Virus record (IMG/VR): IMGVR_UViG_3300020577_007013
Length of the DNA stretch: 64,000 bases
Source: a virus
Lineage: Duplodnaviria > Caudoviricetes
Reading direction: 5' to 3' (one strand)
In this document: positions 1-9,576 of the stretch, piece by piece
How positions within the stretch are numbered: position 1 is the first letter of the stretch
Layout: each line of letters starts with the position of its first letter
Position numbers and translations under genes: made by a program
Notes under the pieces: generated by a model
Database searches by the model: none
The model's input: the letters and a program-made list of their open reading frames with translations, nothing else
What the model was told of the DNA's origin: nothing

Positions 1-975
1 GAAATATTTGTCTCCGAGATATCCCAGAACATCGATTGCCTTATCAGCTTTTGTTCTCATTGAGAGAATGTTCGCTGCAGCATAGAGACCTTTGATGAGG
101 TACTCTTTCTTATTTGTGGATGAGCCTTTTGAAAGGTCACCTACAGAATCGACTTCCTTTGATCCGGCTGGTTTTTTCTCAGTGAGATAGAACAGAACAT
201 TCTTGTTCTTTTTTGATGGGTTGAAGGTAACTGAGCTACCGTCTACATCATAAGCAATGATGTTCTTTCCTGAGATTGAGAATGGATAGAGAGCTGTCTT
301 GTCAATCTCTACCTGAATTCTTCCATTTGAGTCTCTCGATGTCTCAACGAATTGAGTGAGAGTCTCATAAGAATTGTTCACATCTCCTAAATGGAGAAAT
401 GAACCACCAATAGCAGACGACATTTGAGTGAGCAGCTCTCTGTTGTAATAGTTTCCTGATCCAACAAAGGCTGAATAGTAAAGCTTACCTTTCAGCTCGC
501 CTAAAGCTGTAAAGATAGCCTTTATCTCTTTGTTGTAGTCCATCACACATGGCTGACCGTCAGTAAAGAAGTACAATACGAAATTGTCTTCTTTATAAGA
601 AGGATCTTTCACCAATGTGTTGATCTTCTGGAGAATTTCTGAGAAGCAGGTTGTTCCCAAAATTCTTTTGTTCTGATCGAGAATGGTTGTGAGAGTCGCT
701 TTGTTTTTGTCATTGACTTCAAATGCTTTCAACATGAAGTCGCAGTAGCCTTCTCCTGAAAACCATCCGATGGAATTCTTTTCATTTTCTCTTAATGAAA
801 GAGAAAACTTTTTTACGTCTTCCACTACTGAGTTGATGTAGCCAGACATTGAGCCTGATCTGTCAATCACAGTAATGATGTGAAGTTGTTTGTCGAGTTG
901 TTTCTCCTGTTCCTTATTTAATTCGACGTCTTTAGAGACGAGATACAGGTCGTCCCTGATCTTTATGTGTTCCAT
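1..975 (-). CDS. von Willebrand factor A (vWA) domain protein, 3' end runs off the window
   Basis: Not in the ORF track; my translation from ATG 975 gives MEHIKIRDDL...HIITVIDRSGSMSG (MIDAS DxSxS)...FFTDG, open to position 1; AGGAAGG RBS upstream. Confidence 0.85.
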   Translation of the reverse strand, partial: MEHIKIRDDLYLVSKDVELNKEQEKQLDKQLHIITVIDRSGSMSGYINSVVEDVKKFSLSLRENEKNSIGWFSGEGYCDFMLKAFEVNDKNKATLTTILDQNKRILGTTCFSEILQKINTLVKDPSYKEDNFVLYFFTDGQPCVMDYNKEIKAIFTALGELKGKLYYSAFVGSGNYYNRELLTQMSSAIGGSFLHLGDVNNSYETLTQFVETSRDSNGRIQVEIDKTALYPFSISGKNIIAYDVDGSSVTFNPSKKNKNVLFYLTEKKPAGSKEVDSVGDLSKGSSTNKKEYLIKGLYAAANILSMRTKADKAIDVLGYLGDKYF

Positions 976-1066
976 AGTACCTTCCTTTCTTCAAAAAATC
1001 TTTTAGTCTTTTTAGAATCGGTTTTTACACCAATCCTATTCAATTAGTTTATATTAGTAATGTGGC

Positions 1067-2329
1067 TTATGCCGAGACGAAATCTTCCACAAAGCGATGT
1101 CCTTCCCAAACATTGATTGAAGGCTTTATGAGAGTGACTTTAGTGTATGGAACGTTAGGACCTTGCTCGACAAGCATAGGGTTAAAAATATGTTGAGATT
1201 CCATTATGAGCCATTTGCCCATATACTCTGTTGCGAATTGCTTGTCGACACTGAATTTTCCCTCGACCACAGTTGTGACGAGTCTTCCCGTCACCAATTC
1301 AGGATTGAATGGAACTGTTAAAGTCATCCGATAAGAAGAAGGAGTGTCAATGAATTGTGAGTTCATCCAACCGTTATAGGAAGGAACGTCTTGATTTCCT
1401 TTTATCCCAAACATTCTCATTCGTTGGGGTTTCTTTAAGTCGTTTCTTCTGATAGGAACTCTCAACTTAGACTTTTGAATTCCTCTATCGCTAGAGCTTA
1501 TTGCTTGTGAGTTTAGGGTTTTTGTTGTCTGAGAATTCGAAGCGTCTTGCTCTATTGAATAGAAACTTACATTATAGTTTGGACGATTAAAGTCAGATCC
1601 ACCGAATTGTATTGAGTACTCTTGAACAAATTTCTCTTCACCATAAGAAGCATTGAGAGAATATTCTGCTATAGATTCTCTCTCAAAGAATTTAGCGAAT
1701 GGCCAGAAGTAGAATTCTCCTTTAAGATTGAAGAAGGAAAGAAATGGACTGCTTTTATATTTTGGAGCATAAGCATAGGTTGCCAGCCTTTTGATAAACT
1801 CATGATCACCTATTGAGTCTTGATACCAAAAGTCTTCATTAGCTGTTTTCTCTATGTACTGACTTGTTGTGACTCCATTTGATTTTTTATTGTCATCAGA
1901 AAAATTATACTTAGAGACAAGAGAGGAGACCACTGAATCAATTGTTCCCTTAAAGGATTGACTCTTCATAAAGTCTTGCTTCTTAAAATCAGATTCGAAA
2001 TACCAAAACCAGTTACCTTGAATGGTAGCGGCTCTTTGAATGTCATTTAACTGAGACAGATTCCAAAAGAAGTCATGAGCAATTATTCCTCTATCAGGAT
2101 GACCGAGCTTTCCGGTAATGGTGAGATTTTCGACAAAGTAAGTGATCTCAGTGGCGTCACCTATGATGTCATTAACAACGACCTCCATTGAAGGATAGAA
2201 GTTAGCGATAGAGTCTGAAAGAAAGATTCTCCGAAAGAGAGAGTTCTTGTCCTGACCGTAGACAAAGGATTCGAATTTGTCAGTCTTAGAAGATTCTAAG
2301 GTGAGGAAAAAATCTGAGATTGCTGCCAC
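1067..2329 (-). CDS. putative baseplate hub / tail structural protein (gp27- or GpD-like)
   Basis: 420 aa with C-terminal 'GKWLIMESQH' pattern typical of hub proteins; GTG start 6 nt after an ACTAA motif. Confidence 0.5.
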   Translation of the reverse strand: MAAISDFFLTLESSKTDKFESFVYGQDKNSLFRRIFLSDSIANFYPSMEVVVNDIIGDATEITYFVENLTITGKLGHPDRGIIAHDFFWNLSQLNDIQRAATIQGNWFWYFESDFKKQDFMKSQSFKGTIDSVVSSLVSKYNFSDDNKKSNGVTTSQYIEKTANEDFWYQDSIGDHEFIKRLATYAYAPKYKSSPFLSFFNLKGEFYFWPFAKFFERESIAEYSLNASYGEEKFVQEYSIQFGGSDFNRPNYNVSFYSIEQDASNSQTTKTLNSQAISSSDRGIQKSKLRVPIRRNDLKKPQRMRMFGIKGNQDVPSYNGWMNSQFIDTPSSYRMTLTVPFNPELVTGRLVTTVVEGKFSVDKQFATEYMGKWLIMESQHIFNPMLVEQGPNVPYTKVTLIKPSINVWEGHRFVEDFVSA

Positions 2330-2346
2330 ATAGAGTTAGTTGATTC

Positions 2347-2538
2347 TCAAATACTGAGAATTTTTCCAGAGTAAATTTGAAATGACTTGATCTTTGTGTA
2401 CTCGTAAAGAACAAAAGAAGTTACTAAAATGGAAACCAAGGTAATCGAAACAAGAAGCCAAATCAGACTTTTGAGTTCTCGATTTTCTCTGATAAGAGCT
2501 TTCTCTCTTTCAGGAAAGACTATCTTGATTTCTTTCAA
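2347..2538 (-). CDS. small membrane protein
   Basis: one hydrophobic segment (LIWLLVSITLVSILVTSFVLY); overlaps upstream stop. Confidence 0.6.
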   Translation of the reverse strand: MKEIKIVFPEREKALIRENRELKSLIWLLVSITLVSILVTSFVLYEYTKIKSFQIYSGKILSI

Positions 2539-3350
2539 ACAGTGTATCCCATACCAATAAGTTTCAATTTGAGAAGTTCTCTCATTTTTGTCTTTAAGGT
2601 AGATGGGGATTTCACAACGGCAAGCTTTTTCTGACCGTCATAGATTGTATATTCTCGTTTGATAATTTTCACGAAATCGATTTTGCTGACTTTGGTTTCT
2701 AAAGGACGTCTTCCAGTAGAGTATGTATAAATTGATGAGCGATGTTCCCAATCTCCGCCGATCTTTTCTCCGAGTCTCTTTATCTCGTCAATCTTCTTAG
2801 ACTCAATCGAGTATTCTATAAAGCACTTTGATTTCAGAGTCGCAATCTGTTTATGCTCCCCATCTTCGGCTTTGAGAATTGACTCATTGTTGATAAGTCT
2901 TTCAGGCTCTATCAAATAATCAGGAATCCAAGATCCAGGAACATATTCTTCAAATCTTCCGTATCGGTTATGGTAGTCTTCCTTAATCTGAATAGAGTCT
3001 TTCTTTTTTCTGGATTCGAACTCGATATTATTGCAGTCTTGAAGTTTGGCGAAGAACCTTATCTTTTTCTCTTTTCCTTCCGACTTGATAATGAAGGTCA
3101 CAGATGAGTAGTCAGAAGCTCCTTTACGAATATAGATTCGATCTATAGAGAGAACGGTTCCCTTAGGAATTATAATCTCACCGATTCCTTTTCCGTAGTC
3201 ATCTCCATGCCAAATTGTTTTCTCTCCCTTTATTTTTTCTGGAAGAAACTTTTTTATGAGATGTTCATTTCGATATTCTTTAGTGACAATAAATTTCCAA
3301 TCTTTTGAGAGAACAATCTCGTCACCAATTTCAGGTATATAGAATTTCAT
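2535..3350 (-). CDS. hypothetical phage protein
   Basis: 271-aa ORF, AAGGAG RBS, coupled to neighbours; N-terminus MKFYIPEIGD resembles a large-phage family. Confidence 0.7.
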   Translation of the reverse strand: MKFYIPEIGDEIVLSKDWKFIVTKEYRNEHLIKKFLPEKIKGEKTIWHGDDYGKGIGEIIIPKGTVLSIDRIYIRKGASDYSSVTFIIKSEGKEKKIRFFAKLQDCNNIEFESRKKKDSIQIKEDYHNRYGRFEEYVPGSWIPDYLIEPERLINNESILKAEDGEHKQIATLKSKCFIEYSIESKKIDEIKRLGEKIGGDWEHRSSIYTYSTGRRPLETKVSKIDFVKIIKREYTIYDGQKKLAVVKSPSTLKTKMRELLKLKLIGMGYTV

Positions 3351-3568
3351 GCTACGTACAACTCCTTAATGATAGTTGGATGAACCTCACTAATCATTCT
3401 CTTCAAATATTCTTCAGCTGTAGAGAGATTATCGGCTCTCCATTTCCAATTCCAAGTCTTAAAGAAGACTCCTTCTCTTCGTTCACAGTAGTAGAACCAC
3501 TTAAGATTTTCGTAGTCGAATCTACGGACAATCCTAAAGTTGGCTTTATGTTTCTCGAGATCGACCAT
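3347..3568 (-). CDS. hypothetical protein
   Basis: 73 aa, start/stop overlaps on both sides. Confidence 0.65.
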   Translation of the reverse strand: MVDLEKHKANFRIVRRFDYENLKWFYYCERREGVFFKTWNWKWRADNLSTAEEYLKRMISEVHPTIIKELYVA

Positions 3569-3789
3569 TACTTCTTGGGCTTTGAACCGATGAGAGTAAT
3601 TGAGCCAGAGACTTGATAGGTTTTTCCTGACTCAGGATTTGTGATCTTACCTGAAACGTAGAAGCCCTTTGAGCCTGTTGAGAACTCTTTAGCAGGAGCT
3701 GGGAGTTCCATCCAAGACGTTCCGTTCGTATCTTCGAATTTCACTCTCAACATTGTTGGTGATTTGTCATCTTTTGTTGGTTCTGACAT
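3568..3789 (-). CDS. small conserved beta-rich hypothetical protein (KEFSTGSxG...GSK type)
   Basis: 73 aa, RBS present, motif KEFSTGSKGFYVSGK...QVSGSITLIGSK. Confidence 0.7.
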   Translation of the reverse strand: MSEPTKDDKSPTMLRVKFEDTNGTSWMELPAPAKEFSTGSKGFYVSGKITNPESGKTYQVSGSITLIGSKPKK

Positions 3790-3790
3790 T

Positions 3791-4534
3791 TTATTTTCCT
3801 TCTATAAGTTTTGTTGAAGAGAGATTTTTAATGGCAATCTTCTTGGCTTCTTCAAGCATTTGTTTTGTGGTCTCATTTTGCTCAAGAGTCTTACGCTTGA
3901 ATGAAGTGGAGATTCTCGATTTTGAAGAATTGGTCTTCTGAATCTCAATTTGTAAGAGTCTGTATTTCTCATATAGACCGTTCATTTGAGCTCTCAGTTC
4001 CACACATTTTGTGAAAGACTTTAGTGACGTCATTTCAGAGTACGGAACAATAAAACTCAATTTCATTTGAGACTGAGATGTTCTAGCTTTTTCTCTCTTA
4101 GGAACTAAGTAAGAGTCCATATTAAGAACTTCAAGTCTATAACTTGGAGGAGTTATTTCATCATGAAGCATAGTTCCAGGAATATGACCTTTCAGCTTGA
4201 CACAAGCTTTGACTCCGTCAGAGTTGAAGATGTCTTCATGATGAGGATTTGTCTCAAGATCTATTGCAGCTTCACCGGAGATTCCTAAAGGCTTGAGAAT
4301 CTTTTCATTGAAAGACTCTTTGAGATCTTTATACTTCTCATTAAGGAAAGATGGAATTTCCTCAATTGCTTCTTGAGTGATTGACTTGATTTCCGATTCC
4401 TTCTCATTGATCTCTTCATTGATAGCTCTTGCTTGATCTTCAAGATCATGGATAATTTCAGAGACGACTACTTCAGCCACATCCTCATGATTCTTTAGCA
4501 CCTTCTTTGGAATTGCTCTTTCAATTTGATTCAT
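3791..4534 (-). CDS. coiled-coil hypothetical protein
   Basis: 247 aa, AAGGAAGG RBS, TAATATA motif about 30 nt upstream. Confidence 0.7.
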   Translation of the reverse strand: MNQIERAIPKKVLKNHEDVAEVVVSEIIHDLEDQARAINEEINEKESEIKSITQEAIEEIPSFLNEKYKDLKESFNEKILKPLGISGEAAIDLETNPHHEDIFNSDGVKACVKLKGHIPGTMLHDEITPPSYRLEVLNMDSYLVPKREKARTSQSQMKLSFIVPYSEMTSLKSFTKCVELRAQMNGLYEKYRLLQIEIQKTNSSKSRISTSFKRKTLEQNETTKQMLEEAKKIAIKNLSSTKLIEGK

Positions 4535-4600
4535 AATGTTCCTTCCTTAAATTTACTTGAATAACTATATTATGCTCTTCGAAAGAAGACCCACTTTATT

Positions 4601-4954
4601 TCAAGGGGCTTCACCGAAGATTGATCTTAGAGCTCCGTTGAATTCTAGACGGTCGAATTTATAGAGTAGAACTGAGACTGAAATTCCACCTCTGAATCTC
4701 CTCACTCTATCGTATTCTTCAGGATCGTGTCTAAGATGAAAAATCTTCAAATCTTTAAGTGGAATTTCTCTTCCAAATAATCTGATTGATTCCAATCTCT
4801 CATTTGGTTTGACTTTAGAAAGTTCTGCTTTTGAAAGCTCTATAGCTTCATCAAGATAACTTACCTCTTTAGGTGGCTCTAAAGGATTTAGCTTTCTTTC
4901 TAGAATCTCATTGGCGACAAGTTTAAGTTTCTCTTCATAAGTTTGTGGTTGCAT
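4601..4954 (-). CDS. hypothetical protein
   Basis: ORF track 4601-4972; ATG at 4954 (MQPQTYEE) is the more likely start. Confidence 0.6.
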   Translation of the reverse strand: MQPQTYEEKLKLVANEILERKLNPLEPPKEVSYLDEAIELSKAELSKVKPNERLESIRLFGREIPLKDLKIFHLRHDPEEYDRVRRFRGGISVSVLLYKFDRLEFNGALRSIFGEAP

Positions 4955-4973
4955 GAAGTAGGTATAATACAAA

Positions 4974-5138
4974 ACTGAGAAAGGGAATAAAACAATGGAT
5001 AATCACCAAAGTTCAAATTATAAAGAGAAGCTATATGAACAAGGTACAAAGTTAACACTATGTTAAGCTCCTCTTATGTTGTTGTATGACAGGATTTTGT
5101 GAGCCCATCACGCAGATTAGTATTTTCCCTTTCTCAGT
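4974..5138 (-). ncRNA. candidate structured RNA closed by a perfect 14-bp long-range inverted repeat
   Basis: ACTGAGAAAGGGAA (4974-4987) and TTCCCTTTCTCAGT (5125-5138); U-tract follows on the minus strand; no ORF inside. Confidence 0.5.
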
Positions 5139-5201
5139 CCCTTTGAAGGAAGCAAGCTTCCAACTTTGATCTCACTAAGAGATCTAGCTCAAGGTTAGGA
5201 G

Positions 5202-5834
5202 CTAAAGTCCCAGATAGTCTAGTACTCCGTCTTCCATCTCGACTTCGATTTCAGTCACATTGTTAAGTCGAGTTTTCTCATCGATCAGTTTGTCTTTCTC
5301 TCTCTTAAAGTCTTTGAGAATTTGTTCGATATCCTTCTTACTTAAAGGCTGAACATCTCCTTTAGTGTAATGATGTCCTGAATTCTCAGGACTGAATGAA
5401 GAGACTGTGCTGACAATTTGCTTTGTGTAAGACTCAAAATTGTCAGGACTAATGATAGTCGAATATGATGAGCTCATTACTGATTGGTATTCATTGATTG
5501 CTTTCATTAATAGTTCAACCTCTGAAATTTTGATCATAATGTCGCTTAGACCACAAGTCTGATTTGCTGAGAATATAGAGCTCTTAATTGAAAAGAATGC
5601 TCTATGAAAGTCTCTGATCTCTTTCATCTGAAAATCGAATTGAGCTTTTGTCGATTGAATGAGTTTATCAAGCTCATCTTTGATCTCTTCTCTCGGTCTC
5701 ATGCTATCGTCTTTACCGAAAAAGAATTCATGCTTGACTTCCTGAAGCTTTCTGCTAGCTTCTTGAGTGATGAATTTAGAAAGTTCAACTTTGATTTTGT
5801 TTGCTTTGCTGAGAGTCAGCTTAATTTTTCTCAT
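5202..5834 (-). CDS. coiled-coil protein resembling the DIP1984-like family
   Basis: N-terminal LTLSKANKIK and C-terminal RLNNVTEIEVE, helical throughout. Confidence 0.55.
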   Translation of the reverse strand: MRKIKLTLSKANKIKVELSKFITQEASRKLQEVKHEFFFGKDDSMRPREEIKDELDKLIQSTKAQFDFQMKEIRDFHRAFFSIKSSIFSANQTCGLSDIMIKISEVELLMKAINEYQSVMSSSYSTIISPDNFESYTKQIVSTVSSFSPENSGHHYTKGDVQPLSKKDIEQILKDFKREKDKLIDEKTRLNNVTEIEVEMEDGVLDYLGL

Positions 5835-5873
5835 GAATAATTATATTACCTCTTTCGAAGTAGGAGAAAAATC

Positions 5874-6104
5874 TTAGTGAATTGAGACAATACAAGGAAA
5901 AGCTCTTATATCAAGATTCTTCCACGAATTGAATTGATCTTTCGTAACTGCTATCAAAACTTCAGAATTTCTTGTAGTTATGGGATCGAATTTTCCATCT
6001 CTGAAAGAATAAAAAGAAAAAGCTGGACCGTCCGTCAACTGACTTTGTCAGTAGAGTGACTCATCAAGAATGACTTTTACTTTAGGCCTTTTGACAAAGA
6101 ACAT
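5874..6104 (-). pseudogene. 76-codon ORF interrupted by one in-frame TGA (pseudogene or readthrough)
   Basis: ATG overlaps upstream TAA (TAATG); MFFVKRPKVKVILDESLY*QSQLTDGPAF...CIVSIH; TGA at 6048-6050. Confidence 0.45.
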
Positions 6105-6445
6105 TAACGAAATCCAGCTTCTTCCCATCTGTTTTTGACTTGTTCTTCAGTCACATTTTTACAATAATTGCTGTATCCTGCAAATGATGATGTCATTGTT
6201 ATAAGATGACCGTTTCCTCGGTCATACTCTTTAGTTATGAGAACTTCATTTCCAGATTCCCTATCACAGAGTTTGACAAATGTCTCATGACCTGCAGGAA
6301 TTCTGATTTCGTATCTATAGTACTGTTTTCTAGGATCAACTTTTCTAGTCTCTTGCTTATTTAGAATTGAATGAAATAGAAGGGCTCCGATAGTGCAGAC
6401 TATAACTAGAGTAATCTTTCCTGAAATTGATAGTAAGTTTCTCAT
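6104..6445 (-). CDS. membrane-anchored or secreted hypothetical protein
   Basis: N-terminal hydrophobic helix, AAGGAG RBS. Confidence 0.65.
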   Translation of the reverse strand: MRNLLSISGKITLVIVCTIGALLFHSILNKQETRKVDPRKQYYRYEIRIPAGHETFVKLCDRESGNEVLITKEYDRGNGHLITMTSSFAGYSNYCKNVTEEQVKNRWEEAGFR

Positions 6446-8280
6446 AAAATCTCCTTATACGTCATGATTTTGATTCCAAGTTTCTTGGCCTTTTTCATCT
6501 TAGAGCTGTCTGAACTCAAGTCGTCAGTGACTAGGATATCTGTTTCTTTCCCAACTGAATCGATCCATTCATATCCTTTTTTCTCGAGAAGTTCGATAAG
6601 CTCTTTTCTGGAAGCTGGTCCTTTTCCAGTACAGCAGACTGACTTTCCTTTGGACTTTTTCTCTTTTTCTTTCTCGATATTCAGGACTCCTGCCAATTCA
6701 GTCAGAAGAGAAAGATTCTCATTATTGGAAGTCCATTCAAGTATATTCTGTCCTATGACGTACTGTGTGTCATCGAAAGCCAGAAAGTCTTCGAGACTTT
6801 TAATCTCTAACTTCTTGACTGCTTTCTCTCCCACTAAATGAATTCCTAATCTTGAGATGAATTGGGGAACTGTCATTGTCTTCGTCTTCTCAATTTGTTC
6901 AAGAAGATTTGAGACTTTCGATTCTCCGAATCCGTCTATGGACAGAATTTTCTTCTCAGAAAGATGAAGCCTATAGAGATCGGAAAGTTCTTTTACAAGA
7001 TCATTTTCCCAAAGTTTTCTTAAGGTCTTCTCACTTACATCATCCATCTCGCAACATTTGACCCAATAGAAAATCTTTTGGAACATTCGTTCGGGACATT
7101 TTTCATTAGGACATTTAAGATGGACTTCTTCCTCTACAAGTATGCTCTTACAATGAGGGCATTTTGTTGGATACTCTGCTGTGGATTTTTTCTTCTTCAC
7201 CACTTTCAGTATTCGAGGTATAATATCATTGGCGATCTCGATAGTGACCGTATCTCCAGCTTCAGGATTCAGAGCTTTGAAATTTCTGAGATTGTCTAAA
7301 GAAGCTCTTTTAATGAGTCTTCCTTGAACTAAAATCGGCACCATATTTGCAGTAGGAACGAGATTTCCAAATCTTGACATTTCCCAATCAGTGGTCTCAT
7401 AAGGGGTATTTGCTTCGACATTGTCAAATTTCCAAGCTATGTTGTAATCCCAATGATGGTCATTATCATTTTTGAATGTCTTCTGAAATGGAATTGAATC
7501 GAAGCAAAGTACAAGTCCATCGAGATCCAAATCATAATTGTCTCTCTCTCCACTATTGTGACTACTGAACCAGTCTTCAGCTTCTTTAAGAGTCTTAATG
7601 ACTTTGAATGGGGTCACATTAGGAATATAACCTTTTATGAAGTGGAATTTTTCAGTCATGGACGTAAGACTATCTTCACCTAAGACCTCATACGCAACGA
7701 ACTTGATCTCTTTCATCTCTTCAGTGATTTCTTTTCGATGAATAAGTCCAGAAACCACGTTGCGTAGATTCGACTCAGACTTATAAGTCTTAGGAAGGTA
7801 GAGCTCTCCTCTTATTTCCAGTTTTCCAATGTAAGAGATTTTCTTGGGAATATCTTTTGAAAGTGACATCGTCTCAGTAATGTCTTGTCCCTCAGTCCCA
7901 TCTCCTCTTGTTGAGATGACTTGAAGTTTTCCTTTATCATATTGAATAGAGCAAGAATTGCCGTCGAATTTAGGCATTCCGACAAGATTAAGCTTGTTGG
8001 AACTTTCTGAAAGTCCACATCGTCTGAGCCATTTGATAATATCTTCAGTTGAGTTGGCCTTTTGGAGAGACTTCATGGGAATGTCATGAGCTACTTTCTT
8101 TCCGTAATTAAGAACAGGAGCTCCGACAATCTTAAAGTAATCATTATCAGGATCTTGAATACGAAGTAGATCTTCATGAGAATCGAAATCGGCATCACTC
8201 ATTATTGGCTCACCTTTATAGTAAGCCTCTTTCGCTTTAAGTAATTTCTTTTTGAGTTTTACAATTTCTCCTGAAGTCAT
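6442..8280 (-). CDS. ligA: NAD-dependent DNA ligase
   Basis: YY..G.P.MSD..FD domain Ia, PKFDG adenylation motif, STRGDG, Zn finger CPHC...CPNEKC, C-terminal BRCT; start moved to ATG 8280 (AAGGAG RBS). Confidence 0.95.
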   Translation of the reverse strand: MTSGEIVKLKKKLLKAKEAYYKGEPIMSDADFDSHEDLLRIQDPDNDYFKIVGAPVLNYGKKVAHDIPMKSLQKANSTEDIIKWLRRCGLSESSNKLNLVGMPKFDGNSCSIQYDKGKLQVISTRGDGTEGQDITETMSLSKDIPKKISYIGKLEIRGELYLPKTYKSESNLRNVVSGLIHRKEITEEMKEIKFVAYEVLGEDSLTSMTEKFHFIKGYIPNVTPFKVIKTLKEAEDWFSSHNSGERDNYDLDLDGLVLCFDSIPFQKTFKNDNDHHWDYNIAWKFDNVEANTPYETTDWEMSRFGNLVPTANMVPILVQGRLIKRASLDNLRNFKALNPEAGDTVTIEIANDIIPRILKVVKKKKSTAEYPTKCPHCKSILVEEEVHLKCPNEKCPERMFQKIFYWVKCCEMDDVSEKTLRKLWENDLVKELSDLYRLHLSEKKILSIDGFGESKVSNLLEQIEKTKTMTVPQFISRLGIHLVGEKAVKKLEIKSLEDFLAFDDTQYVIGQNILEWTSNNENLSLLTELAGVLNIEKEKEKKSKGKSVCCTGKGPASRKELIELLEKKGYEWIDSVGKETDILVTDDLSSDSSKMKKAKKLGIKIMTYKEIL

Positions 8281-8281
8281 T

Positions 8282-8410
8282 TTATTTCTCCTTGAGTTTC
8301 TCTTCGATTTCTTTTTCAGTAGGTTGATGTTGTGGAAATCTATGACAGTGGTCACAAATTCCAAGAGAGTTTTTCTTGGTCTTTCCACACCATTGACATT
8401 TTTCTTTCAT
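8282..8410 (-). CDS. small Zn-ribbon protein (42 aa)
   Basis: my translation MKEKCQWCGKTKKNSLGICDHCHRFPQ...; fills the gap before ligA. Confidence 0.65.
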   Translation of the reverse strand: MKEKCQWCGKTKKNSLGICDHCHRFPQHQPTEKEIEEKLKEK

Positions 8411-8413
8411 AAT

Positions 8414-8623
8414 TTACCTAGACATTGTGTGATGTACTGCTACTTCTATATCAGAGCCTTCTGAATGGAAATCGCAAGAATCTGTCTCTGCGACTTGTGC
8501 ATATTCGAATCCGGTTTCTTCATCTCCTGAAGCATTTCTGACATCTTCGCAGAATCCACCTTCTGACTCTACCCCTTCATCAGACCAACATTTGAATTTG
8601 TTGCAATTTCCGCAGCAGTTCAT
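8414..8623 (-). CDS. small Cys-rich protein
   Basis: CCGNCNKF...C...CDFH, GGAGG RBS. Confidence 0.7.
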   Translation of the reverse strand: MNCCGNCNKFKCWSDEGVESEGGFCEDVRNASGDEETGFEYAQVAETDSCDFHSEGSDIEVAVHHTMSR

Positions 8624-8769
8624 ACTTCCTCCAAGACTTTGTATTGGGTTTTGTCGAGCTCTATTACGATAGGCTTTTTGCTGAATTCAAATTTTTCCTC
8701 TTCATTGAGCCCATGAAGTACCCTATCTTCTATGTTATTGAAGAAGTATTCTCTCTCTTCGTTTGTCAT
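8620..8769 (-). CDS. small hypothetical protein (49 aa)
   Basis: my translation MTNEEREYFFNNIEDRVLHG...; ATGA overlaps at both ends. Confidence 0.6.
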   Translation of the reverse strand: MTNEEREYFFNNIEDRVLHGLNEEEKFEFSKKPIVIELDKTQYKVLEEV

Positions 8770-8963
8770 TCGTCTTTCGCCTTCAGGTCAAAGCGTTTGA
8801 TTTTGTCGCTGAATAATGAACGGATGACATCTTCGTAGGTGCAACCGGCTTTTCTCTGAGTCTCACGCATCAGCCATTCGTTGGTTCTTGTAAATCTACT
8901 GTCTGCTTTGACCTGTTTGTAGATTCCTCGAATCCTTTCTTTTTCTTTCTCAGTGATTTTCAT
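8766..8963 (-). CDS. small basic hypothetical protein
   Basis: 65 aa, GGAGG RBS, coupled overlaps. Confidence 0.65.
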   Translation of the reverse strand: MKITEKEKERIRGIYKQVKADSRFTRTNEWLMRETQRKAGCTYEDVIRSLFSDKIKRFDLKAKDE

Positions 8964-9403
8964 TTAATGATCTCCTCCATGAATTTTTTGAGCTTCCTTC
9001 CAGTCTCACCATTTCGAACTGTTCCTGTAATGACGTTTTCTGCAACTTCAGAGAATCCCATGACGAGTGCTTTTTTCAGATCTTCTTCTGAAGTCTCTTC
9101 CTGCAGACAGACCGAGATTGAGTATTTTTTCTGAACTGTGCAAAGATCTCCATTCTCATTTCGAATAGGATCGAAGGAGAATTTCATAAGACCATTATTC
9201 AGAGAACTCGGAGTAAATCGAAGAGATGTGGAATCCAGACTCTCAATGATATCTGTCACTAGCCGTTCTTCATTGAGTGTAGCAATCTCTCCTCTGAACC
9301 GTCTCAGAGCTACGATAATATCTGGGTCAAGAAGCGATTCTTTGACTTTTGAAAATTTTTGTTTTACGAGTTTCTTTGAAAGTGTGGGTGTCTCGATTTC
9401 CAT
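8960..9403 (-). CDS. hypothetical protein
   Basis: 147 aa, AAGGAG RBS, first gene behind a sigma70-like promoter. Confidence 0.7.
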   Translation of the reverse strand: MEIETPTLSKKLVKQKFSKVKESLLDPDIIVALRRFRGEIATLNEERLVTDIIESLDSTSLRFTPSSLNNGLMKFSFDPIRNENGDLCTVQKKYSISVCLQEETSEEDLKKALVMGFSEVAENVITGTVRNGETGRKLKKFMEEIIK

Positions 9404-9470
9404 GAGAAGCTCCTTTTTTAATTATTCTCGATTCGAGTTATTTAACCGAATCATGTAGTGTAACAAGCTA

Positions 9471-9503
9471 AATATAATCAATTGGGAGAGCTTCTGACAA
9501 AAA
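9471..9503 (-). promoter_or_regulatory. sigma70-like early promoter
   Basis: minus strand TTGTCA-N18-TATATT; shares AATTGATTATATT with 22248-22260. Confidence 0.55.
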
Positions 9504-9535
9504 TAGTGGGTCTCGAAATACACCGAAAAGAGAGC

Positions 9536-9569
9536 ATAAAAAAACCGGAGAATTAGATTCTCCGGTTTT
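9536..9569 (-). terminator. intrinsic terminator after major capsid gene
   Basis: AAAACCGGAGAAT/ATTCTCCGGTTTT stem followed by a U-run on the minus strand. Confidence 0.85.
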
Positions 9570-9576
9570 CAATGGC

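Noticed and set aside
4974-5138. Retron msr-msd or insertion-sequence ends
   Set aside because: No reverse transcriptase or transposase in the window
8281-8388. N-terminal extension of ligase from GTG 8388
   Set aside because: The region encodes a separate Zn-ribbon ORF in another frame, and ATG 8280 has a strong RBS
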